NCBI GenBank assembly: GCA_038895675.1
Contig: JAWANB010000012.1
Location: 1 to 21,276, forward strand
Direction of reading: 5' to 3'
Length of the DNA stretch: 21,276 nucleotides
From: Candidatus Iainarchaeum sp.
GTDB lineage: Archaea > Iainarchaeota > Iainarchaeia > Iainarchaeales > Iainarchaeaceae
Shown here piece by piece: positions 1 to 7,104 of this stretch. The position numbers and the translations under genes are program-made. Every line of letters begins with the position of its first letter. Positions within the stretch are counted from its first letter, which is position 1. The notes beneath the pieces were generated by a model. It was given only the letters and a program-made list of their open reading frames with translations. It searched no databases and was not told the DNA's origin.

Positions 1-940
1 CTGAGAAAATAATAAATACGAGTGTTATTGGTAGTGAAAGATATAGTATGTATTTTGTTGTTCTGTAAATCATTTTTTCATAATCTTTTGTTTGTGATAT
101 TTTGCTTATTGTTGGATATAATATTGTTTCTAAGGGTTCAAAAAGTCTTATTGCTGTTGTTTGTATTTTTAGTAGTGCTGAGTAAATTCCTACTGCTGTC
201 GTGCCTAAAAATGTTTGTATTATCCAAATTGGCAAGTTAGATTCAATGCTTCTTAGAAGACTTATTGCAAAACTCCATTTTCCATGTTGTTTGATTATTG
301 TTAATAAATTTTTTACTTCTTTGAGTTCTTCTTTGAAAGTAGTTTTTTTTATGGTGATGCTTTTTAAGAACAAAATTGCAATAATAAATTCTGTTATTAA
401 GTAAGCTAATAATACATATTCTGTTTTTTTGGTTAAAAAGTTCAAAAATATTGTTATTAAAATTAGTCTGAAGAGAGATTCAAGTAATAGCAGTTTTCCA
501 TAAGTTGAAAATTTGGTTTCTGTTTGTAATGTTGTTATTATAGTGTTTTTTATTCCTGATAAAACTACTAAAGCGCCGATGAGTATTAATATTTGTTGTA
601 TTTCGTAGCTTAATAATTCTGAAATGCTTTTTGAAAATATTATTATTATTGTTCCTATTGTTATAGAGATTATTGTTTGAATTATTCCATAACCTAATAA
701 GAGTCCTTTATTTTCGTTTTTTGGTCTAGCGGCTTCCGAAACTACTAATTTGCTTAATCCCATGTCTAAAATTAGGGTGATTATTGATAGTATACTCATT
801 GATAACGCTAAAATTCCAAATTGTTTTGCACCTAATAAGTTTATTGTTATTATAGTTGTCAAAAAGCCTAAGAAAAAGGCAATAGTATTATTTGCTGAAA
901 CTAATGCAGTTTCTTTTAGAGTTTCTCTTATTATTCCCAT
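1..940 (-). CDS. Wzx/MOP-superfamily oligosaccharide flippase (polysaccharide biosynthesis protein), 3' end runs off the window
   Basis: Not in the ORF track because it has no stop in the window. ATG at 940-938 directly follows the TAA of the glycosyltransferase. Translated by hand at both ends: MGIIRETLKETALVSANNTIAFFLGFLTTIITINLLGAKQFGILALSMSILSIITLILDMGLSK... and ...TKYILYLSLPITLVFIIFS. The 'LG-x-x-x-FG' and 'D-x-GL' N-terminal pattern plus many hydrophobic helices is typical of Wzx. Confidence 0.8.
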   Translation of the reverse strand, partial: MGIIRETLKETALVSANNTIAFFLGFLTTIITINLLGAKQFGILALSMSILSIITLILDMGLSKLVVSEAARPKNENKGLLLGYGIIQTIISITIGTIIIIFSKSISELLSYEIQQILILIGALVVLSGIKNTIITTLQTETKFSTYGKLLLLESLFRLILITIFLNFLTKKTEYVLLAYLITEFIIAILFLKSITIKKTTFKEELKEVKNLLTIIKQHGKWSFAISLLRSIESNLPIWIIQTFLGTTAVGIYSALLKIQTTAIRLFEPLETILYPTISKISQTKDYEKMIYRTTKYILYLSLPITLVFIIFS

Positions 941-2020
941 TTATTCACCATAACTTTTTTCTATTTTTTCAACCATTTTTTCTATGCTATAATAATTTGC
1001 CTTTTTTTGTGCTTCTTGTAATATTTTTTGCTTTTCTTGAGTTTTCATTTTCATTGTCTTTTCTATTGTTTCTTTTGCTTCGTCGTTTTGAAAGTTTGTT
1101 AAAAAGCCGTTAACTTTGTTTGTTATTATGTGTTTGAACGAGTTGTTTTTTTGTACTATTGGTATGCAGCCTGAAGCCATTGCTTCTATTAGAGTTATGC
1201 CAAAGCCTTCGTATTCTGATGCTGATACAAAGAATTCATTTTTGGCGTATAGTTCAATTGCTTGTTCGTCAGTTGGATTAACTATGAATTTTACTTTTTT
1301 TTCTATCTTTAATTCTTGACTTGTTTTTTTTAGCTTTTCTAAAAGTCTTTCTTGGTCGTTTCCTGCTATTATTAGTTTGAAGTTATGGTCTTTTAGTTGA
1401 CTAAATGTTTTTAGTAAAAGGTCTATGTTTTTGTTTTGTGAAAATCTGCCAATGTAAACGAAACTATTTTTTTCTTTTTTTTCTTGTTTGAATTTTTTTA
1501 AGTTTATTCCGTTTTCTATTAGTGTTGTGTTTTCTGAAATTCTTTTGAATATTTCAAAGTCATTTTTGCTTACTGCTATTACTTTGTCTGCGTTTTTTAG
1601 TAATAGTTTTTGTATTATGTTAAAGTAAATTTTTTTAATGACTCCTATTGTTTTGGTGTGAAAAATTCCGCCATGTGTTGAAACAAATACTTTTTTCTTG
1701 TGAAAGGGTTTTGTTAGTAAAAGGAAGTCTGAAAAAAATCCTATGCCATGGACATGTATTATTTGAAAGTCTTCTAATTTAGATATTATGTGAGGGGCTA
1801 TTTTGTAGTACTTTAAGTCAATAAAATTAAGTCTTTCAACTTCAATGTCCTGGATTTTTGTTTTTTTTTGTAATTCTTTTTTTTCTTTTGAACAGGCGTT
1901 TAAGCAAATTACTTTTACTTTGTGTCCTTTTTCTTTTAGTTTTTTGCTTAATTCAAGCACTATTGTTTCTATTCCACCGACGCAAGGGTAAAAGTGGTTG
2001 CATACTTGTAGAATTTTCAC
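941..2020 (-). CDS. GT-B fold glycosyltransferase family 4
   Basis: MKILQV..FYP.VGGIE N-terminus, H.HG, YIGRFSQNKN, and the EGFGITLIEAMASG E-x7-E motif; 359 aa. Confidence 0.93.
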   Translation of the reverse strand: MKILQVCNHFYPCVGGIETIVLELSKKLKEKGHKVKVICLNACSKEKKELQKKTKIQDIEVERLNFIDLKYYKIAPHIISKLEDFQIIHVHGIGFFSDFLLLTKPFHKKKVFVSTHGGIFHTKTIGVIKKIYFNIIQKLLLKNADKVIAVSKNDFEIFKRISENTTLIENGINLKKFKQEKKEKNSFVYIGRFSQNKNIDLLLKTFSQLKDHNFKLIIAGNDQERLLEKLKKTSQELKIEKKVKFIVNPTDEQAIELYAKNEFFVSASEYEGFGITLIEAMASGCIPIVQKNNSFKHIITNKVNGFLTNFQNDEAKETIEKTMKMKTQEKQKILQEAQKKANYYSIEKMVEKIEKSYGE

Positions 2021-2115
2021 TTTTATCTTTCTCCATCGTAATTTTTACAATTAAATTAGTGGCCTGTGTTTAAATATTGGTTTTGGTACGCTTTTAGTTT
2101 TTTTTTGTAGATTAT

Positions 2116-2331
2116 TCATGGTTTTACTAATCTTAGTATGCCTATTAAAATCAGCATAAGGCCTAAAACAGACCAACCATTGACTGTTGGTGGAAATCTG
2201 ACTATTTCAGTTCCAACCATTATAAACAAGACACCAAAAGCAAGCATTAATATGGAGTATTTTTTGTAGTCGCTTGTACAATAACATTCTTCAAAATTAT
2301 TTTCTTGAATTTCTTTTTCCTTTTTGGGCAT
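2116..2331 (-). CDS. Small hypothetical membrane protein with two predicted TM helices
   Basis: 71-aa ORF with a GGAGG Shine-Dalgarno about 7 nt upstream of the ATG; charged N-terminus, CYC motif, two hydrophobic segments. Confidence 0.7.
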   Translation of the reverse strand: MPKKEKEIQENNFEECYCTSDYKKYSILMLAFGVLFIMVGTEIVRFPPTVNGWSVLGLMLILIGILRLVKP

Positions 2332-2423
2332 TTTTGTCCTCCTTTTAAAAATTAATTATATTAATATTAATGTGTTTTTGTTTTTATTCTTTTTTTAGCC
2401 TTTTTCCTTTCCATTTTGATAAG

Positions 2424-2431
2424 TTTATTAA
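2424..2431 (+). promoter_or_regulatory. Putative archaeal TATA box (TTTATTAA) for a leaderless lipoprotein mRNA
   Basis: Preceded by purine-rich GATAAG (BRE-like); ends 23 nt before ATG 2455; no SD in between. Confidence 0.45.
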
Positions 2432-2454
2432 TTATTTAACATTATATTTTGTTT

Positions 2455-3633
2455 ATGAAATATGTGAAATTGTTGTTTTGTTTGGTTTTATTGTTAGGTT
2501 GTTCAAATAAGCCTAATTTCTTAGATAACAAACAGAACATAATTTTTAATTTTGGGAATGAAGTAGTGATTGACTTTAGTTCTACTTATTTTAGCCAAGA
2601 TAATGATTTGTTAGTCAGGTTTGTTGATAAAAATGTGCAAGGTTTTTCTTTCGAATTGACATTTTTGCCTACTAAAGAATCTGAAGTTTTTACTTATAAT
2701 TTTGGGGAGCCTAAAAAGTCAATAGTCTTTAATGGCTATTCTTTAGAAGTCTTTGGTTCTTACGAACTTTCTTTGTTCAAGGCTAATAAAATAACTTTAG
2801 AATCTGTGAAAAAAGTATTTTATTTTAATGAGCCTTTCACTATTAAAGAAAATGAAGTTCAAACTTCTTTTGACAATTCATTAGAAATAATTGTTATAAA
2901 GTTTCTTGACTCGAGGTGTCCAAGAGATAGTGTTTGTGTGTGGGAAGGTGAATTAGGGGTCGAGCTTTCAGTAAAAGGCATTGATGAGTTTTCTGAAAGT
3001 TGGTCTGAAAAAATTTATTTAGGCGAAAAGACTTCCAAATCAAAAGTTTTTTTAGGCTATGAAATAAATTTGTTACAAATGAAAGAAGAAAGCGAAAAAA
3101 TTTCAGCTTTGCTAGTAGTTTATTCTAAGACAGGAAAAGACAAAACATGGTTTTCGATAGAGCCAAGACAATGCCAAACAAACGCTTGGGATAACGCTAA
3201 TTGGCCGGTCAAAACATATTTTATCGATGAAAAAGAAAGAATAAAAGCATGGTTAGAAAAAGTTCACAACATAAAAGTTTATGATGTTTCTTCCAAGCGA
3301 ACTGCAGAAGTGGTTTGTTCTGCCTGTTCTTGCCCAACCGGAGAAACAATTGCTGTACTAGTTGATTCATTTAATTATGGAAAAATGATTTCTTTAGGTT
3401 GGCAACCAATGAATGACATCTCATGCACTACCGAAGCCAAAGCGTGTCCAGATGGCTCTTTTGTAAGTAGAAAAGCTCCATTTTGCGAGTTTGAATCTTG
3501 TAGAAAAGATTCAGGAATGGTAAGAGGTCCAGTTTTTTGTACAGCAGACGTTTTGGAATGTCCTGACGGAAGTTTTGTTTCAAGAATCCCTCCACATTGC
3601 AATTTTGCACCATGCCCAAACAACTTCAAATAA
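2455..3633 (+). CDS. Secreted Cys-rich lipoprotein with a DSRCP..CVWEG module and two C-terminal CPDGS repeats
   Basis: Start moved to ATG 2455. MKYVKLLFCLVLLLG-C reads as a signal peptide with lipobox. Motifs DSRCPRDSVCVWEG, VCSACSCPTG and two 26-aa 4-Cys repeats. Confidence 0.8.
   Translation: MKYVKLLFCLVLLLGCSNKPNFLDNKQNIIFNFGNEVVIDFSSTYFSQDNDLLVRFVDKNVQGFSFELTFLPTKESEVFTYNFGEPKKSIVFNGYSLEVFGSYELSLFKANKITLESVKKVFYFNEPFTIKENEVQTSFDNSLEIIVIKFLDSRCPRDSVCVWEGELGVELSVKGIDEFSESWSEKIYLGEKTSKSKVFLGYEINLLQMKEESEKISALLVVYSKTGKDKTWFSIEPRQCQTNAWDNANWPVKTYFIDEKERIKAWLEKVHNIKVYDVSSKRTAEVVCSACSCPTGETIAVLVDSFNYGKMISLGWQPMNDISCTTEAKACPDGSFVSRKAPFCEFESCRKDSGMVRGPVFCTADVLECPDGSFVSRIPPHCNFAPCPNNFK
3424..3615 (+). 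repeat. Two intragenic 26-codon repeats: CTTEAKACPDGSFVSRKAPFCEFESC (3424-3501) and CTADVLECPDGSFVSRIPPHCNFAPC (3538-3615)
   Basis: Identical Cys spacing C-x6-C-PDGSFVSR-x4-C-x-F-x2-C; synonymous positions have diverged. Confidence 0.9.
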
Positions 3634-3648
3634 CTATTTTTGACTTTT

Positions 3649-3760
3649 TGCAGGAGGGAGGATTCGAACCTCCGAAGGCACTAAGCCACCAGATAACTCC
3701 CAACTTTTGTAATTGAAAATGTCTTGAGTCTGGCGCGTTTGACCGCTTCGCTACTCCTGC
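3649..3760 (-). tRNA. trnL-CAA: tRNA-Leu(CAA) with a 28-nt intron at 37/38 (intron 3695-3722)
   Basis: Reverse complement gives acceptor GCAGGAG/CTCCTGC with discriminator A, D arm, anticodon stem CCAGA/TCTGG with CT-CAA-G, long variable arm, and T arm GGAGG-TTCGAAT-CCTCC. Mature length 84 nt; CCA not encoded. Confidence 0.95.
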
Positions 3761-3839
3761 ATACCTAATTTTTCCTGTTAAAGAAGTAATAAAAAAGATA
3801 ATGCTTATTTTGATAAAGTTTTTCATTCATCATAAAATC

Positions 3840-4283
3840 ATGAAATCACTAAAAGTTTCAAGCCCATGTTTTGAAAACAATGGCAGAATTCCGGACAAAT
3901 ACACATGCAAAGGCATGGACGTTAACCCAAAACTAATTATTGAAAACCTACCAAAAGAAACAAAAAGTCTTGTCTTAATAGTTGACGACCCGGATGCACC
4001 AATGGGTACCTGGGATCATTGGATAGTGTGGAACATAAAACCAACTAATGCTATAGAAGAAAACTCTATTCCAGGCCAAGAAGGAATAAACAGCGCTAAT
4101 CAAAGGCATTGGCATGGGCCATGTCCACCTTATGGTACACACCGTTATTTTTTCAAAGTCTTTGCATTAGACACTATTCTAAAAATTCCAGAAAACTCCA
4201 GAAAAAAAGAAGTAGAAAAAGCAATGGAAGGCCACATAATAGCCAAAGGAGAATTAATAGGAATCTATAGCAAACAAACTTAA
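3840..4283 (+). CDS. YbhB/YbcL (PEBP/RKIP) family protein
   Basis: YTCKGMDVNP, LIVDDPDAP, WDHWIVWNI, GPCPP.GTHRYFFKVFALD. ATG 3840 (MKSLKVSSP) preferred over 3801. Confidence 0.93.
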   Translation: MKSLKVSSPCFENNGRIPDKYTCKGMDVNPKLIIENLPKETKSLVLIVDDPDAPMGTWDHWIVWNIKPTNAIEENSIPGQEGINSANQRHWHGPCPPYGTHRYFFKVFALDTILKIPENSRKKEVEKAMEGHIIAKGELIGIYSKQT

Positions 4284-4342
4284 GACTTCTTGAAAAGACC
4301 TCAAATAAATTGATTTCTACAAACCACGACCCAATAAAAACC

Positions 4343-4349
4343 TTTTAAA
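4343..4349 (+). promoter_or_regulatory. Putative TATA box (TTTTAAA) of the tRNA-Ser gene
   Basis: A-rich BRE-like AAAAACC directly upstream; about 33 nt before the tRNA 5' end. Confidence 0.45.
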
Positions 4350-4381
4350 CTTAGCCAAACAAAATTTTAAAAGCAAAAAAT

Positions 4382-4621
4382 GCGAGGGTGGCAGAGTGGT
4401 CGAATGCGGCGGCCTGCTACTAACCATTTTCTTTTCGTTGGCACGAAAAGAAAAGCGTTAATGGAAAAGAAAAGTGCAAGTTTTCTTTTTTCCATTGAAA
4501 GAAGAGAAAATTTCTTTTCTTTTTTGTCAACGTTTTTATTTTCTTTTTTAAAAGAAAAGAAAAAGGTTGGTGGAAAGCCGTTACCCGAAAGGGTGCACGG
4601 GTTCGAATCCCGTCCCTCGCG
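4382..4621 (+). tRNA. trnS-GCT: tRNA-Ser(GCT) with a 156-nt intron at 37/38 (intron 4420-4575)
   Basis: Acceptor GCGAGGG/CCCTCGC with discriminator G; anticodon stem GCGGC(4409-13)/GCCGT(4577-81); anticodon GCT 4416-18; variable arm ACCC-GAAA-GGGT; T arm ACGGG-TTCGAAT-CCCGT. Bulge-helix-bulge: central helix CUGC/GUGG, bulges UA|C and AA|A, outer helix UAACC/GGUUG. Mature length 84 nt. Confidence 0.93.
4420..4575 (+). other. Long BHB-type tRNA intron built from TTTTCTTTT/AAAAGAAAA inverted and direct repeats
   Basis: TTTTCTTTTTT at 4481, 4515 and 4539; GAAAAGAAAAG at 4445 and 4464; perfect 12-bp hairpin 4427-4454; further hairpins 4460-4496, 4498-4522 and 4533-4564. Confidence 0.88.
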
Positions 4622-4622
4622 T

Positions 4623-6272
4623 TTAATTTTGTTCTTCTATTTTAGTAGTCATTAACTTGTATTCTTGGGGAGAACAAACTACTCTTACATGGTGATGAGA
4701 ATTTTCTATTATTAATATTCCTTCGCCAGGTGGCGAAGTCATTAGTACTTGCTCTTCTTTTTCATTCAAACAGAAAGTTTCAGATAAGTTTGTAATAGTA
4801 GAAGGTTCATGTCTTGCAATAAACTTCCATGAAGAATTAGCCAAAATAGTTTTTCCAGTATCTGAAGAAGTAAGGTCAAAAGTTTCTTGAGTTATTAATA
4901 TTATTCCTAACCCAAACTTTCTTGCCGTTTTAGCTATTGAAAAAACTTTGCTTTCATTGCCAAGCATTCTCAATAAAGACCAAGCTTCATCAACTACTAA
5001 TAAAGTTTTTTCTGTTTTATCAATTTTTTTTGCTACATACGAAAGTAGTAGAAACATGGCAGGTGCTTTAGCTTTTTCGGGCAATTTTGAAATATCAAAA
5101 ACAATCAACTTTTCTTTTGTGTTTAACGAATTGTTTCCGAAAAAATAGTTGGTTCTTGAAAAAAGCTCTTCTAAAGACTCCACCATGTCTTTCATTTCTT
5201 GATCCTTGCTTATTTTCTTTAATTCCTGAATAATTTCTAAAGCGTTTGGTCCTTGGTACCACCAACTTTCTACTTTGTCTTTTCTTATTCCATGTTTCAA
5301 AAAAGTTGCTTTAATCGCTTTTGTCAAAAAATTTTTTTGTAAAGTCAAAAGGTTTTTTGTGGCTATTTCAAAGAACTCTAATCCAACTTCAATTCTTTCT
5401 TCTGGATTAAGTCCAGGGGAAGGAAATATTCCAATGCCAGTTTTTTCGTCAATTATTTTGCCGCCTAATGCAGAAGCAAGTTTAGAGTACTCTCCTTGTG
5501 GGTCAATTACTACTACTTTGACTCCATTAAAAAGGTTTTTTAGTATAAAAGACTTGCAAGCCATACTTTTTCCACTTCCAGAAGAGCCAAGTATGACTCC
5601 ATTAAAGTTGTTCAAGCTAAAAGGATCAAAAATTACAGGTACAAAAGAATTAGCCCTAAACCCAAATATGATTCCATTATTGTTGTCAGGCAAAAAACTG
5701 GTCGTAAAAGGAAAGAATGCAGAAAGGGCAGAAGTGGTTATGTTTCTCTTTTGTTTTAAAAAGTCTTTTCCCAAAGGCATAATTGACTTTATACCATCTT
5801 CCATTTTGAAATAAGGTGTTTTTGGTATTATCATCATGGAGTTTAAGGCTGATTTTAGTTTTTCGGTTATTTCTGTCAATTCTTTTTGGTTTTCACCTCT
5901 TGCATTAACGTAAAAAGAGATATTGAAAAGTTTTTCTTCACCTTTTTGAAGTTTTGTTAAAATACTCAAAGTATCTTGGTGTTGAATTTTTAGGGACGGA
6001 TTTATTATGCCTTTTATTTCAGAAGATAAAATATCAGATTCTTGCTTTACTATTTCTTGGTTAAGCATGTTCAAAGCATTTTCAGTAGTGTAAGGTTCTA
6101 TATGCATGCTTATGTCAAAGTTTTCACCATAAGAAATTAGTTTGTCAAGCCACCCGTCTCTTATTTGTCTAGGATAACCTACTGCTATTAGAACTTTATT
6201 GTGAGCAGAGTCTATAATCGCTTTATCAAAATCTATCTTAATGTAAGAATATTTTAGCAAATCAATTTGCAT
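4623..6272 (-). CDS. virB4: VirB4/TraE-like (FtsK-HerA superfamily) ATPase
   Basis: N-terminal GYP..GWL..DISMHIEP; SAFFPFT; NGVILGSSGSGKS (Walker A); VIDPQGEY; LLVVDEAW (Walker B); ARKFGLGIILITQ; ILANS; GEGILI. Confidence 0.88.
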   Translation of the reverse strand: MQIDLLKYSYIKIDFDKAIIDSAHNKVLIAVGYPRQIRDGWLDKLISYGENFDISMHIEPYTTENALNMLNQEIVKQESDILSSEIKGIINPSLKIQHQDTLSILTKLQKGEEKLFNISFYVNARGENQKELTEITEKLKSALNSMMIIPKTPYFKMEDGIKSIMPLGKDFLKQKRNITTSALSAFFPFTTSFLPDNNNGIIFGFRANSFVPVIFDPFSLNNFNGVILGSSGSGKSMACKSFILKNLFNGVKVVVIDPQGEYSKLASALGGKIIDEKTGIGIFPSPGLNPEERIEVGLEFFEIATKNLLTLQKNFLTKAIKATFLKHGIRKDKVESWWYQGPNALEIIQELKKISKDQEMKDMVESLEELFSRTNYFFGNNSLNTKEKLIVFDISKLPEKAKAPAMFLLLSYVAKKIDKTEKTLLVVDEAWSLLRMLGNESKVFSIAKTARKFGLGIILITQETFDLTSSDTGKTILANSSWKFIARHEPSTITNLSETFCLNEKEEQVLMTSPPGEGILIIENSHHHVRVVCSPQEYKLMTTKIEEQN

Positions 6273-6273
6273 T

Positions 6274-7104
6274 TTAGCACCCTATTATTTCAGCCAAATT
6301 CAATTCAGAACTTTTTATTTGAGGCTTGTTTTCAAAATATTCTCTAAACAAGTCTACTATTTCAGATTTTTCAAGTATTCTTGCTTTTATTCCAAACTCG
6401 TTAAGTTTTGAAGAACACTGGATTGTTTTGGCTAAAAGTTGTTCTGATATTTCATTTTCAGGCTCTTTGACATTTGGGGCTTGAATTATTATAAAAAACT
6501 TTTTTTCGTTGCTTTGGTGTTTTTCTATTAAACCTTTAATGAATTCCTCATGACTTTTGAATGCTGAATAAATAAAGTTTCCTTCTTTTAATGCGTTTTT
6601 TTCTATTTTTTTGAAATATTCATCCAAGTTTATTGGCATGGACTTTGCTATTATTTGTATTGGGTAATCTAAAGAATTGAGAAAATCTCTAAAGTTAAGT
6701 ATTATGGCTTTTTGTTCCTTTTCTTTCAGCATTGAAAAATTTACTGGAAATACTTGTATTATACAAATTTTTCTTTTGTCTTTCATTAGTACGTAATTTT
6801 CATATACTTTTTTTATTCCTAAAAATTTTTCAGCTTCTTTGTCTAAAAAGCCTATCTCTCTTTTTGAAAGATAGAAAGCTAATATTGAAAAAAATTTTTC
6901 TTTTAGATCAAAAAAGGCAAAGCCTATTCCAATCATAAAGCTTGAAATTAGTATTGTTATTTTAGCTTCTATTGGTAAAAAAGTTTTGGTGAAAATAAAA
7001 AAAGATAAAAGCAAAGGTATTGCAAGAGAAAATGCTTTCCATAATGAAAGGCCAAAAATAATTGTTTCTTCGTGTCTTAAATTTTTTGGAATTTCGTAAG
7101 ACAT
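6274..7104 (-). CDS. PrgI/VirB3-like N-terminal two-TM module fused to a VirB4-associated soluble domain
   Basis: MSYEIPKNLRHEETIIFGLS followed by two TM helices resembles PrgI family N-termini. The PVNFSML...FLNSLDYPIQI motif resembles proteins found upstream of virB4 in CPR/Gram-positive-type clusters. Stop lies 1 nt before the virB4 ATG. Confidence 0.7.
   Translation of the reverse strand: MSYEIPKNLRHEETIIFGLSLWKAFSLAIPLLLSFFIFTKTFLPIEAKITILISSFMIGIGFAFFDLKEKFFSILAFYLSKREIGFLDKEAEKFLGIKKVYENYVLMKDKRKICIIQVFPVNFSMLKEKEQKAIILNFRDFLNSLDYPIQIIAKSMPINLDEYFKKIEKNALKEGNFIYSAFKSHEEFIKGLIEKHQSNEKKFFIIIQAPNVKEPENEISEQLLAKTIQCSSKLNEFGIKARILEKSEIVDLFREYFENKPQIKSSELNLAEIIGC

Noticed and set aside
3626..3826. 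66-aa minus-strand ORF
   Set aside because: It overlaps tRNA-Leu on the same strand and has no protein features.
4420..4575. Intron as a C/D box guide RNA, CRISPR mini-array or homing-endonuclease carrier
   Set aside because: No RUGAUGA/CUGA boxes; the repeats are 9-11 nt in both orientations without regular spacers; far too short for a LAGLIDADG ORF.
4380..4655. 91-aa plus-strand ORF in the track
   Set aside because: It spans the whole tRNA-Ser gene; it is a by-product of the tRNA and its stop-poor intron.
5275..5814. 179-aa plus-strand ORF and other shadow ORFs (e.g. 22-240, 750-953, 11293-11535, 16832-17038, 19222-19518, 20038-20484)
   Set aside because: They lie antisense to well-supported genes and show the F/L/S/I-rich or otherwise motif-free composition expected of reverse-strand readings.
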